IMG/VR virus record: IMGVR_UViG_3300026088_000011
DNA length: 64,000 nucleotides
Origin: a virus
Taxonomy: Duplodnaviria > Heunggongvirae > Uroviricota > Caudoviricetes
Direction: 5' to 3' (one strand)
Shown here piece after piece: positions 17,986 through 27,727 of the stretch (position 1 is the first letter of the stretch; every line of letters starts with the position of its first letter). The position numbers were made by a program, and so were the translations under genes. Under the pieces are notes generated by a model. That model saw nothing but the letters and a program-made list of their open reading frames with translations, searched no databases and was not told the origin of the DNA.

Positions 17986-18329
17986 GTGTATTTTATATTT
18001 TTCATTATAAACTCATCAAATTCTTCAAATGGGACATTTATTCTGTAATAGTCTTTTCCATCCATCCTAAGTGTAGTTATCCCTATCTCTCCAGAAGGAT
18101 TATAACTATTTATCTTAGAAAGTCTAAATCTAAAAGGAGCAGGCTCCATATCTTCTAATTTATTTTCTGGTTCAGGAAGCCCCATTTCCTCATATTTAGG
18201 AATATTATCCTTTTCAAACATTGCTTCTGTTATAACAAAATCTCCTTTTAATTCTATCATAGTAAGTTTTTTTCTTTTAATTCTTTCTCTATTGTTTGAA
18301 TTCCGTACACCTTTCCTAATAGTGCCCAA
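17982..18329 (-). CDS. hypothetical protein
   Basis: 115-aa ORF; partly overlaps the primase-like gene. Confidence 0.35.
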   Translation of the reverse strand: MGTIRKGVRNSNNRERIKRKKLTMIELKGDFVITEAMFEKDNIPKYEEMGLPEPENKLEDMEPAPFRFRLSKINSYNPSGEIGITTLRMDGKDYYRINVPFEEFDEFIMKNIKYT

Positions 18330-19288
18330 TCCTTGATACCTTCTTGTAGATATTTCCTAGGAACATTACAATAATCGAAGTTGAATAATTTAGTAATTTG
18401 TTGACTATTCTGCACTCCTGTTATATCACTATCGAATGATAGAATTTGCTTTTCAGAATTAGCTTTTAAATATGCTACATTTTCTTCAGAAAAACAAGCA
18501 ATTCCCTCATTCTGAACAGCACAACTACATGGAAATACTTTCTTAATCATCATGTGGTCCTTCTTTGACTTATTCACAAAAGCCACCTTACAATTTTTAA
18601 TATCATTTTTCCCATCCATTGTTGTAATAGGAACATTGTTAGGCATCCATTTGCTCTTTTTATCAGCAAAAGGTCTGTAAATCTTCCAGAATCCATTATA
18701 ATAATAACCAAACCTTAAATCAGTATCTTTAAGAGGAAATTTAGATTTATTGAAATATAACGTTTTTATGCTATAAATGGAATTATCACGTAAATCCGTG
18801 ATATTCTGATGATAGGTATTCCAATAGGCTAATTCCTCTAATGTGAACTTTCTTGTAATCACTTGAATCAAGCTATTTCTTTTGGTTATTTCTGGTTGTT
18901 TATATTGAGAAGTAATAGATTTATAATCCCCTTGTACACCATTACTGATTCCAAGCTGGAAGTCCACATCTATTTTTCTAAGAATATCATCTAATGTGGA
19001 AAGCATAAATAACTGTTTTACGAAGGTGAAACAGTCTCCTCTAAAAGATGTATCACCAAAATCAATATATGAAATATACCCTAATTTACTCCCTATAAGG
19101 AATGAACTATTTTTATCTGTCCTAAATGGACTATGTGTAATTTCATTCAATTTCCAATCCTTTGTAGGCATATAATAGGAAAATATAGAGAATTCGCTAA
19201 CTTTCTCTAATATACTATCCATAGATAGTCTTTGCTTAACTCTACCTTTTATCATATTATTTATAATAATACCTGTAAATGTATACAA
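18257..19288 (-). CDS. DnaG-like (Toprim) DNA primase with a cysteine-less zinc-finger-like N-terminus; start may be an internal Met
   Basis: HSPFRTDKNSSFLIG...YISYIDFGDTSFRGDCFTFVKQL parallels the DnaG zinc-finger block (CPFH.EKTPSF ... CFGCG ... GD..FV) with the Cys residues replaced. ILSFDSDITG gives a Toprim-like DxD. Confidence 0.4.
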   Translation of the reverse strand: MYTFTGIIINNMIKGRVKQRLSMDSILEKVSEFSIFSYYMPTKDWKLNEITHSPFRTDKNSSFLIGSKLGYISYIDFGDTSFRGDCFTFVKQLFMLSTLDDILRKIDVDFQLGISNGVQGDYKSITSQYKQPEITKRNSLIQVITRKFTLEELAYWNTYHQNITDLRDNSIYSIKTLYFNKSKFPLKDTDLRFGYYYNGFWKIYRPFADKKSKWMPNNVPITTMDGKNDIKNCKVAFVNKSKKDHMMIKKVFPCSCAVQNEGIACFSEENVAYLKANSEKQILSFDSDITGVQNSQQITKLFNFDYCNVPRKYLQEGIKDWALLGKVYGIQTIEKELKEKNLL

Positions 19289-19430
19289 TCATTAAAAATA
19301 AGTCCTTTATAGAAGAATTAGGTCTTGTATACTTGTTAAATCCATCTTTTTTATAATAATAGTCCAAAATAACCATTTTGAGATGTCTTAGGAATCTCTT
19401 AAACTTATTCATAATTTTTCAAATATAATA

Positions 19431-19468
19431 AAAAAGCTAGAAGATTTCTCCTCTAGCTTTCTTTTTGT
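19431..19468 (-). terminator. Rho-independent terminator downstream of the 19489-20379 gene (hairpin also readable on the + strand)
   Basis: GCTAGAagatttctccTCTAGC followed by TTTCTTTTT; the reverse complement gives stem plus TTTTTT. Confidence 0.5.
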
Positions 19469-19488
19469 TTAACAATTTAAATTAATTT

Positions 19489-20379
19489 CTAATAAGAAGC
19501 ATCGTCTTCTTGAATAACTTTATCTCCAGTTACAATGAAATCTTCTGGTTTAAATTCCTTCAAATCTTTAAGCACGTGGCTGTTTTTAGAGCCATATTCT
19601 CCTTTAACATTTAACACAAATCTTTCATGAGGTTTTAGATCCTTATTAGCTTTCTTTTTAAGAGCCTCTATTACTTCAGTTTTATCATAATCTACTAATC
19701 TAAATTGCTTTAAAGCGTAAGAAGCTAGAAAAGCTTTATTATAAATAGATTGATAATTTTTAGTTTCTCCTTCTTTATCTACAGATTTTACTTCATATAC
19801 AGGTACAAATGTTCCACTGTACTCCCCGTTAATCTGGCTCCTAATATCCTTCAAGTTCCCTTTCATTAATTGTTTCCACTCTAACTGAAGAGTAGTTTCC
19901 GCATCTTTATAATCTAGCTTACTTAACCAACTTCTTAGAAAGTTATAAAAATCTTCTTCACCTACATTAGCTACTCTATAATCTCTCTTAACAAACCAAT
20001 CTGGCAGGTTATTAGGATCATCACTCCAAGAGCAATTACCTAAAGTATTAATATACTGTTTTTTAGTACCTTCTTTATTTTCTTTAGGTTTATCCTCTAG
20101 AAAATAGGTAATTTTGTCCTTTTTACCAGTTTTAACATTTTCTACCCAAACATCAATTCTTACATTAGTATTCCCTTCTTTGGATTCCCCAATATATTCT
20201 GTAGCCCTACTATCCTCTTTCAATTCGATTCCTAGGATCTCTTTATACTCTTCAATAGAAGGATTAATAGCAATTACCTTGACTTCAGCCAATCCTACAT
20301 AAAGTTGATTGTTAAATTCTTGATTAATTCTGATTTTTCCTCCAATTCCTGACTTTACTTCATTCTTTGTCTCTTCCAT
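19489..20379 (-). CDS. hypothetical protein; speculative single-stranded DNA-binding protein
   Basis: 296 aa, acidic C-terminal tail (...IQEDDASY), sits between the primase-like and replication genes; no sequence motif confirmed. Confidence 0.25.
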   Translation of the reverse strand: MEETKNEVKSGIGGKIRINQEFNNQLYVGLAEVKVIAINPSIEEYKEILGIELKEDSRATEYIGESKEGNTNVRIDVWVENVKTGKKDKITYFLEDKPKENKEGTKKQYINTLGNCSWSDDPNNLPDWFVKRDYRVANVGEEDFYNFLRSWLSKLDYKDAETTLQLEWKQLMKGNLKDIRSQINGEYSGTFVPVYEVKSVDKEGETKNYQSIYNKAFLASYALKQFRLVDYDKTEVIEALKKKANKDLKPHERFVLNVKGEYGSKNSHVLKDLKEFKPEDFIVTGDKVIQEDDASY

Positions 20380-20408
20380 AATTTGTTTGTTTAAATTTGC
20401 TTTCTTGT

Positions 20409-20939
20409 TTATTTTACTGTATATTTTGTTCCTTTTAAGATGAGAAAGTTAAGCTGTCGGGGATCAACTAGTCGTAAATTCATACTATCTGTAATGTTCA
20501 TATCTGTACAGCTTATACGTCCAAAATCATCTTGTAAACCTGTGTGATAACCTGTAAGAATTCTTTCTTCTCCATTTAGAGCACGTTTTACAGCTTTTTT
20601 AATAGCTGCTTCCATTGTTTTAGGCGTGGCTCCTTCATAAGAGTCCATTATTTCCTTTGTTACATCTGCTTCTTTCACTTGCTTATTAAAAGAAACAGTA
20701 AATGTTGTATTAGGATTTTCCAAAAACATTTTAGTTAAGTCAGTTTTGTTGATTTTTTCCTCCTTTGTAAACTGATTACCACTAATTAGACAATCTTCTA
20801 CATATCCACTGTCTACTACAATATCTTGATTTAAGACATTTTTCAATTGTACTTTGTTTCCTACGATTTTTACTACTTTATAATATTGAGTTTCATTTAA
20901 GACTTCTCCTATTTTCAATGTTTTAAAATTTGTTTTCAT
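20409..20939 (-). CDS. hypothetical protein (upstream partner of the vWA protein)
   Basis: 176-aa ORF directly abutting the vWA gene. Confidence 0.4.
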   Translation of the reverse strand: MKTNFKTLKIGEVLNETQYYKVVKIVGNKVQLKNVLNQDIVVDSGYVEDCLISGNQFTKEEKINKTDLTKMFLENPNTTFTVSFNKQVKEADVTKEIMDSYEGATPKTMEAAIKKAVKRALNGEERILTGYHTGLQDDFGRISCTDMNITDSMNLRLVDPRQLNFLILKGTKYTVK

Positions 20940-20948
20940 GTTTATTTA

Positions 20949-21734
20949 TTAAAGTGTTTCTTGTTTTTTATAAAATCCTACTAATGTGTCTTCTCCAGCT
21001 ACAGATGAAGCAAAATAACTCATTGTAGCTCCTCTTGTTTTTTCCATACTCATTTTAAATCCTTCTGCTGTATTAGCTGTAGCAAATGTATTAGATGCAT
21101 CAATATTAATATCTCTCATAATATTCTCTAAATCTTGAGGAGTAGCTACAAAAGTGATAGTAAAATTCTCCTTTTGTACCTTCTTAATCAATTCTGCTGC
21201 TTTAGATTGATAGTCTCTCATGGAATTATTTTGTCCATCTGTATATACATTCATTAACACTTTGTCTTCTTTTGTAACCTCAAGATTCTTAATTGTCTCA
21301 TATACAGTATAATATAGAGGAGTATCTCCTCCAATTGCTCCACTAAAAGGAATCAATGAGGTATTTATGTCAGAAGGTTTTACTTTATACACAGCTTTAT
21401 TGAATGGTTTACTAGCTTGAATAAATTCAACTAAGCTATAAATAACATCTTTCCTAGTTTTCATATCATTAATACGAGAAATGATACCTTCTGTGGAGTT
21501 ATTATATTTTCCACCAGACATACTACCTGAAGCATCTAAAATATCAACAACATAGAATTTACCTTTAAATACTTTTTTCTTTGGTTCATTTGTCTTCTTC
21601 ACCTTGATTTTAGTCTCCAAATGAGCTTTGTAGCTATCTGCTGTCAAAAATCCATACTTTTCAGCTAGTTTTTGCTTTCTTTCCTTGTTTGATTTCTTAA
21701 AATCTTTCAATTGTTCTTCTCTTGTTTTACTCAT
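20949..21734 (-). CDS. von Willebrand factor type A (vWA) domain protein
   Basis: FYVVDILDASGSMSGG (DxSxS MIDAS motif), later TDGQNN and hydrophobic beta-strand periodicity typical of vWA. Confidence 0.6.
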   Translation of the reverse strand: MSKTREEQLKDFKKSNKERKQKLAEKYGFLTADSYKAHLETKIKVKKTNEPKKKVFKGKFYVVDILDASGSMSGGKYNNSTEGIISRINDMKTRKDVIYSLVEFIQASKPFNKAVYKVKPSDINTSLIPFSGAIGGDTPLYYTVYETIKNLEVTKEDKVLMNVYTDGQNNSMRDYQSKAAELIKKVQKENFTITFVATPQDLENIMRDINIDASNTFATANTAEGFKMSMEKTRGATMSYFASSVAGEDTLVGFYKKQETL

Positions 21735-21736
21735 AT

Positions 21737-22054
21737 TTATTTATTGTTAATTGATTCATACATTGTAATAGTCTTTTGTGCAGGTTTTACTTCGTATACA
21801 TCATCCCAAGAATAGAAATCAGTTCCTACGTGGGAAGCATAAAATCCTCTAATTTTGATATACACATCATGATCTTTGAAATACTTTACAGACCACCAAT
21901 TATCACCTTCACCTTCTCCTCCCTGTTGTTCAACTTCTTCACTTTCTCCAAGCCCTAGTTCTTTGGAGTTATAATCTCCATAAGCAAATTGATCCAAATC
22001 TATATTAAATTCTCTTAATTTATCAATAATTTCCTTACCTGTTAACTTGCTCAT
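21737..22054 (-). CDS. hypothetical acidic protein, paralog of the next gene
   Basis: C-terminal ...WDDVYEVKPAQKTITMYESINNK parallels ...WDEMIEVKPIQKIIEGYEQVNR in 22035-22367. Confidence 0.4.
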   Translation of the reverse strand: MSKLTGKEIIDKLREFNIDLDQFAYGDYNSKELGLGESEEVEQQGGEGEGDNWWSVKYFKDHDVYIKIRGFYASHVGTDFYSWDDVYEVKPAQKTITMYESINNK

Positions 22055-22367
22055 ATCCTTCTATTATTTTTTGTATTGGTTTTACTTCTATCATTTCATC
22101 CCATTCTTCTCCTTCATAAGAAGCTCTAGTTCCTGAAAATTGTACAAATATACTAAATTCTGGGAAATAAAATATTCTTTTTAATTCAGTATCTTCACTT
22201 CCATAGCTATCATATTCTACTTCATCTTGATTTTCTTTTAGTTCTCCATTTAATGAATTCTTATTTAAATCGAAGAAATCATTCATAAAGCTATAAATAG
22301 AACTATCTATATCCTTCTCAGGATAAGTTTCTATAAGTTTCTTTCTAAATTCTTCAAATTGGCTCAT
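22035..22367 (-). CDS. hypothetical acidic protein, paralog of the previous gene
   Basis: Tandem duplicate. Confidence 0.4.
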   Translation of the reverse strand: MSQFEEFRKKLIETYPEKDIDSSIYSFMNDFFDLNKNSLNGELKENQDEVEYDSYGSEDTELKRIFYFPEFSIFVQFSGTRASYEGEEWDEMIEVKPIQKIIEGYEQVNR

Positions 22368-22656
22368 ATATTGTTACTTTTTTCTCTTTTCCTTTAACAA
22401 ATTGTATATCTACTAAATGTTCATTATTTCCATAGCTATCAGTATGGTAAGTTTCTTGCATAAATACTCCTTCTGTAAATCCAGGATGTTTGTAATATAT
22501 AATAGTTTCATTATATTCTCCTTGATTTCCTTCACTATAATCATCAGGAATTCCTATATGGCCTGTCTTTTCCTGCATTTTATACTTAGACTTGTTCTTT
22601 AACAAATCTTGAAGATCTTTTAATAATATTGTCTCCTCTTTCATTGATTTTTTCAT
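22354..22656 (-). CDS. hypothetical protein
   Basis: 100-aa ORF. Confidence 0.35.
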   Translation of the reverse strand: MKKSMKEETILLKDLQDLLKNKSKYKMQEKTGHIGIPDDYSEGNQGEYNETIIYYKHPGFTEGVFMQETYHTDSYGNNEHLVDIQFVKGKEKKVTIYEPI

Positions 22657-23362
22657 TTAATATTTTAATAAAATTATGTCTTACTTTCTGTAATTTAGGA
22701 TAGTTTTCTAATATCCATATAGCTTCCCATATAGGAGCATGTGAAATGATGAACTTTTTAAGCATTTTTCCGTAAGCCATTCTAAAGTCTAATTTAGGCC
22801 ACCTTTCAAATGCCATTATTTCAACTTCTTCTCTTACTAGATTTTCCTTTTCTTCTTCTGGTAATAGCTCAAATTTGTCTTCTCCTACCTCTACTTCTCC
22901 TATTAATACTTTATTGAATGTAGGAATAGGATTTAAAAGTGTATGTAACCAATCATGGTCATATTCACATTTTAGAGCATTATCAAAGAAATCTGCTGCT
23001 GACATCTTTAAATCACTTCTTTTATTCTTTCCATGCAATTCATTAAAGAATTCATAGAGTTTATAGAATAGTTCTTTATTTAATTCACATCCCTTCTTTC
23101 TTAGAAATGTAGCATCCCATTCATGTTTTTCCCAAGCTAAATCCCAGAATAAATGAGACATTTTAAGTGTATATAATTCATCTGGTGGACATATTTCTAT
23201 TCTATATCCTAAATGATTTATTAAAATAGGATTATATAAATATTCTATTCCTTTATGATTGGATTTTAAATCTTGTTTAAGAACAGCATAATCCACATCT
23301 TTTGGTTCTCTAGGGAAATCAGGAAACCAGTGTTTTATTGCTTTGCTTCCTACAAGTATCAT
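22586..23362 (-). CDS. hypothetical protein
   Basis: 258-aa ORF. Confidence 0.4.
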   Translation of the reverse strand: MILVGSKAIKHWFPDFPREPKDVDYAVLKQDLKSNHKGIEYLYNPILINHLGYRIEICPPDELYTLKMSHLFWDLAWEKHEWDATFLRKKGCELNKELFYKLYEFFNELHGKNKRSDLKMSAADFFDNALKCEYDHDWLHTLLNPIPTFNKVLIGEVEVGEDKFELLPEEEKENLVREEVEIMAFERWPKLDFRMAYGKMLKKFIISHAPIWEAIWILENYPKLQKVRHNFIKILNEKINERGDNIIKRSSRFVKEQV

Positions 23363-24210
23363 TATTTATAAATTTTATCCCAAAATGTCTCTATTTTACC
23401 ATCTTTTCCTTTCTTAGAAATAAGGATTTTGCCTGATAGTTTTGGTGCTCTACTTCCAGCTATAATACTATCATTTAGAACATCAAAATTTAACCATCTT
23501 TCATCTCCATCAGCTACTAATTTAGCTAATGCTGTAACTCTAGAAGCAAATATTGTCTTTAATTTTCCTGTAAGACTAATTTCACTACCAATCACTTCTT
23601 CTTTTCCATTATCCTTAATATATTTATCAGATACATGAGCAGCATATAATCTATAAGGACTAATTTGTTTAAAGGCTTCAATTTGATCTAGAAACCATTT
23701 TCTTGTATGTTGATAACCATTTCCATCAGGAAGTGTTAATACAGATTTCCATCCAGGTTCTCCAAATTCAAATATTCTACCTGTTTCAACATTTCCTTCT
23801 CTATTAAACTTCTTACCAATTATACTTTTTTGGTAAGCCAATGTACCTCCAATTTCTGATAAGTCATCTAAATCACTCAATCCATCTATAAGGAGATATT
23901 TATATTTACCTTTTTGCTCTAAGAGAGCTTTTCTATATTTAATATAATTCTGATAGGATTCCCATCTAGTAGTTTCTTGGGAAGTATATGTAGAAATCTT
24001 TCTAGCATCAATATACTCATATCCTCCTTTTTCTAAATCTAAGACTAAAGCATTATATTTCTTAGTAAAATCACCAAAAATTGATCCTTTTCCCATTTTG
24101 GGCTGAGAAATTACCACTAGATCTCTCGCTGGAGCATCTTCTAACACAATTTCTACATCGTCTGGTAGTTTAATTTCTTCTTTCTTGCTTTCTAGTTTTG
24201 TTTCTATCAT
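23362..24210 (-). CDS. hypothetical protein, possibly a P-loop NTPase fold
   Basis: VVISQPKMGKGS (Walker-A-like) and YLLIDGLSDLDD (Walker-B-like hhhhD); weak. Confidence 0.35.
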   Translation of the reverse strand: MIETKLESKKEEIKLPDDVEIVLEDAPARDLVVISQPKMGKGSIFGDFTKKYNALVLDLEKGGYEYIDARKISTYTSQETTRWESYQNYIKYRKALLEQKGKYKYLLIDGLSDLDDLSEIGGTLAYQKSIIGKKFNREGNVETGRIFEFGEPGWKSVLTLPDGNGYQHTRKWFLDQIEAFKQISPYRLYAAHVSDKYIKDNGKEEVIGSEISLTGKLKTIFASRVTALAKLVADGDERWLNFDVLNDSIIAGSRAPKLSGKILISKKGKDGKIETFWDKIYK

Positions 24211-24216
24211 ATTTTA

Positions 24217-24426
24217 TTAAATTTTTACTATTTCCAAGTTTTGTTTAAGTTTTCCTACAAGTTTTACTTCATACACATACCAAGTACTATCTTTATAGTC
24301 CTTCTCAATATCATCATAAGCTTCTTTTAAAGAACCTTTAATATACATCTCACATCCTTCTCCAATAGAACTTTCATCTAGGGCGTAGTATATTTTCTTC
24401 TTTATAATTTCTTTTTTCTTTGCCAT
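24217..24426 (-). CDS. hypothetical protein
   Basis: 69-aa ORF. Confidence 0.35.
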   Translation of the reverse strand: MAKKKEIIKKKIYYALDESSIGEGCEMYIKGSLKEAYDDIEKDYKDSTWYVYEVKLVGKLKQNLEIVKI

Positions 24427-24451
24427 AATTTCTACAAATTTAATAAATTAA

Positions 24452-24664
24452 TTAATTTCTTCCAAGTTTTTCTGTACATTTTTCACACAAACATTTTTTA
24501 CCAATTACTTCCCAACCTCTATCAATAAAGGTTTCTATAGCTTCCCATTCATCCATATAACTCTTATCAATTGTATTACATTCATCACATTTTATTTCTG
24601 TCACTGTTGTAACAAAATCTAACAATTGTATAGAGCCACTTAAATCTACTTCCTCCTCTTTCAT
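24452..24664 (-). CDS. hypothetical Cys-rich (zinc-ribbon-like) protein
   Basis: CDECN...CLCEKC pairs. Confidence 0.35.
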   Translation of the reverse strand: MKEEEVDLSGSIQLLDFVTTVTEIKCDECNTIDKSYMDEWEAIETFIDRGWEVIGKKCLCEKCTEKLGRN

Positions 24665-24960
24665 ACAATAGGATTTTTACTCATTATTTCTTTAACTATT
24701 TTCTGTACTTCTTCTCTAGCTAATTGTTGTACATAGGAAGCTTTTCCCCAAGATCCATTGTCTAGTTGGGCTTTCACAGTTTTCATAACTTCTTCTTTCA
24801 GGATTTTGTCAGGATCTGCATCTGGAACTTTTTGGACTAATATTTCCTTAAGAATTCCTATGATTTCTTCTCTAGCAATTGACCTAACTTGACCTTTTAT
24901 AGCATCTTTAATTGCTAATCTTAATTCTTTATCTTCTTCTATATTTAATTTTACTATCAT
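24661..24960 (-). CDS. hypothetical protein
   Basis: 99-aa ORF. Confidence 0.35.
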   Translation of the reverse strand: MIVKLNIEEDKELRLAIKDAIKGQVRSIAREEIIGILKEILVQKVPDADPDKILKEEVMKTVKAQLDNGSWGKASYVQQLAREEVQKIVKEIMSKNPIV

Positions 24961-26120
24961 ATATATTTTATTTTATTACTATCTAACATTGAGAGAGATT
25001 CTTTTATCTTTTTGATTTCTGGAGGTTCCTTTATAGCTAGAATATGAATATTAGCTACTTTTCCAGTGTAGTCTAATTGTAGACTTCTAGATATGGATTG
25101 AGCACTATTTTCAGCATTGTATGTGAAGTTAAGTAGAATAACACTATCTAATGATTTATAGGTTAATCCTGTCTTCCCTTTTTCAACTAGTGCTAAGTGA
25201 TTAATTTCTCCTCTTTGAAATTTCTGTAAATTCTCATCATTTTCAGACTTACTATGATATGAAGGAATTCCTATACCGTCTGCTACATCTGCTAATCCTG
25301 TAAAAATAATACATCTTTTACCTTGTAATTGAAATAGTAGTTTCTTTAAGAAATTCATTTTTCCTATAGAGGATAATGATAATCTATTTCTAGAGAGAGC
25401 TAAATGCATGAAATTCTGACCTTTATATTTCATTTGTTGAATTACAAAGCTTAAATTGTCATATTTTTGCTTCTCTGTAAGCATTTTACCCTTCTTATTA
25501 GGAGTTTTAATACTATTATCTAAATCTACTAAATGAACAGTTATTTGATAATCTGCAATTATCTTATCCTTAATAGCACTACTGAGAGAATATTTAGCTA
25601 TTTCTTTCAGTCCCCACTTACCCTCTGTTTCTTTACTAATAGTTCCTGACAATCCCAATACAAGAGTATTTTCATCATTTGTCATTATTTGATGACAATA
25701 ATCTCTTTCTCCATCTGAAGTAGAGTGCATTTCATCAATAATAATAAAGTCAAATATTTTGTCCTTATATTTATGTAAAGAACTAAAGTTACAAAAGGTT
25801 ATATTAGGATTAAAATAACTCCATTTAATCATTTCTCTTTCCCAATTCCCAATTAGGGAATTTTCAGGATATGCTAGAAGAATAGTACAATCATATGAAT
25901 ATAAGGATTTAGCTATTTTAATTGCCAAAAGGCTTTTACCCACACGCATTCCTACATTTAGGAAACCAAATCTTTCTTTCTTATAGAAATCTATAGATTT
26001 AGCTAGAAGTTCATCTTGTATATCATCTTGTGTCATTTGTTTACATTTAGGATATATACATAAGTTGTTCAATGTACAACTTTCTCCTTCTCTTTTTATT
26101 CCATTTTTAGAACAAATCAT
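24957..26120 (-). CDS. Superfamily-2 (DEAH-type) helicase
   Basis: GMRVGKS (motif I), FIIIDEMH (motif II, DEAH-like), LSGT (motif III), later QRGE...VEKGKTGL. Confidence 0.6.
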   Translation of the reverse strand: MICSKNGIKREGESCTLNNLCIYPKCKQMTQDDIQDELLAKSIDFYKKERFGFLNVGMRVGKSLLAIKIAKSLYSYDCTILLAYPENSLIGNWEREMIKWSYFNPNITFCNFSSLHKYKDKIFDFIIIDEMHSTSDGERDYCHQIMTNDENTLVLGLSGTISKETEGKWGLKEIAKYSLSSAIKDKIIADYQITVHLVDLDNSIKTPNKKGKMLTEKQKYDNLSFVIQQMKYKGQNFMHLALSRNRLSLSSIGKMNFLKKLLFQLQGKRCIIFTGLADVADGIGIPSYHSKSENDENLQKFQRGEINHLALVEKGKTGLTYKSLDSVILLNFTYNAENSAQSISRSLQLDYTGKVANIHILAIKEPPEIKKIKESLSMLDSNKIKYI

Positions 26121-26329
26121 ACATTATTTTTATCAATTATAGCTGCTATTAACAACATTATTAAGAAGGGAATAATTAATACCCATGAGAAACTAGACAA
26201 AATTATTCTATTTCTTACATTATCTGGAAAGTTAACAAAAGCCTTATTTTGTATAGAATTCTCATCTATTCTCCACACTATAGCAAATCCTATAATATAG
26301 GTTATTATAATTATTACTGTCCATATCAT
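26117..26329 (-). CDS. small membrane protein
   Basis: 70 aa with two hydrophobic segments. Confidence 0.35.
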   Translation of the reverse strand: MIWTVIIIITYIIGFAIVWRIDENSIQNKAFVNFPDNVRNRIILSSFSWVLIIPFLIMLLIAAIIDKNNV

Positions 26330-26577
26330 ATATAAAGGGTTTTATTTTGTAAAGGTATCTTTAAAATGTTAAATTTAGCATCATAATATTCACAAGAAAC
26401 ATTATAAGCTTGTTGTACAAGGGGATAGAGTTGTATAAATTCTATAAATTGTGGAAATTCAAGGAAATCTTTATGTTTTTCTTTATTAAAATGTTCCTTA
26501 TAAAAGTCGTACATGATCTCTGGAGAATTCTCTTCTCTTAGTTTGATATAATTTTCTCGGTTCATATTATTTATCAT
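26326..26577 (-). CDS. hypothetical protein
   Basis: 83-aa ORF. Confidence 0.35.
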   Translation of the reverse strand: MINNMNRENYIKLREENSPEIMYDFYKEHFNKEKHKDFLEFPQFIEFIQLYPLVQQAYNVSCEYYDAKFNILKIPLQNKTLYI

Positions 26578-27727
26578 TTAGAAAGTAAGACTTATTCAAT
26601 ACTGAAGTAATCAAATCTTGATATTGTCCATCAGACAGATCACTTTTTCGGGGGAGTTCCTTCACCTGACCACAAAATCCATTAAAAGCTAAAGGAATTC
26701 GCAAGCTATTAGCTCCGTATGAAGATTTTAGTATTTGACAGCTTCTAAAATAAGCATTTCCATTAGTCTTATCAACAAAATCAGTTGGTGTATATCCTGT
26801 CTTTGAACCTTGAGAATAAGCAATTGGATCGAATAAAGATACTGCCAAATCGCAAGCATCTGAAATATCACCTGACTCCTTAACATCTTCTAGTACTAAT
26901 TCATGTTCTTGATCTTTCATTCTTGTTACTCCTGCTATGGCTCTATTAACTTGAGCTATCCAAAATGGAGCACTTCCTTCCAAATCGCGAAATCCTTGTG
27001 TGTATTCTACTAACTTATCTATAGCTTGTTTTTTACTAGGAAGTTCTTTTGTAGTTTTAGTTAAATTACCATGATCAAATACAGGACTTACTATTTCATT
27101 TTCATTATTAGGAATATATATTTTTACTTCTTTAGATAATCCTGTTTTCTTATCTATTTTAGTAACTTTCTCATATTTACCTTTGGATTCGAAGTGATCT
27201 TTCATAATTCTATATATTTCATTTGGAGTTTTTGCTCCTTCATGAATAGTAATATAGTCATTTAGTAATTGATCAATATATTGTTTTTGGCTTAAAAACA
27301 AGGAATGCTCTACTTTTGTTAATTTAGCATCTTCCCACCATCCCATTATTCTAGGTAGTTCTATTACTTCCCCCTCATTCTTAAATATAAGATAACTTAT
27401 CCATTTAGCTATTCTTAGTTTCTTATTTCTTTCCATACTAAATAGCTGGAAATCAGGCTTTAACCCAGAAGGATGATTCATATGATGATCACAAGCATTC
27501 AACATAATCGTGTCTATTAAGGAACTTTTCCCAGCACCTGTTGTAGAAAATAGTAATGTTAATATATTCTTTCTAATATTAGCATATCTTCCTAATTTAG
27601 GAAGACCAATAGGAATAGATTGTACTTTTCCAGCAATGGCTTCAGTTACATCTTTATTTAGTTCATCAAATGTTGACTCCATCATAATTTTCTGGTGTTT
27701 TTTCAGCTTTTTGTCCCTTTCTAACAA
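26567..27727 (-). CDS. DnaB-like replicative helicase C-terminal (RecA-fold) ATPase
   Basis: LLFSTTGAGKSSLIDTIMLNA Walker A in a DnaB/gp4-like context; acidic SGDISDACDLAVSLFDP segment. Confidence 0.4.
   Translation of the reverse strand: MLERDKKLKKHQKIMMESTFDELNKDVTEAIAGKVQSIPIGLPKLGRYANIRKNILTLLFSTTGAGKSSLIDTIMLNACDHHMNHPSGLKPDFQLFSMERNKKLRIAKWISYLIFKNEGEVIELPRIMGWWEDAKLTKVEHSLFLSQKQYIDQLLNDYITIHEGAKTPNEIYRIMKDHFESKGKYEKVTKIDKKTGLSKEVKIYIPNNENEIVSPVFDHGNLTKTTKELPSKKQAIDKLVEYTQGFRDLEGSAPFWIAQVNRAIAGVTRMKDQEHELVLEDVKESGDISDACDLAVSLFDPIAYSQGSKTGYTPTDFVDKTNGNAYFRSCQILKSSYGANSLRIPLAFNGFCGQVKELPRKSDLSDGQYQDLITSVLNKSYFLNDK

Noticed and set aside
19489-20379. Confident SSB (gp32-like) call
   Set aside because: Only the acidic C-terminal tail and genomic position support it. 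No OB-fold or zinc motif can be seen by eye, so it was kept as a low-confidence note.
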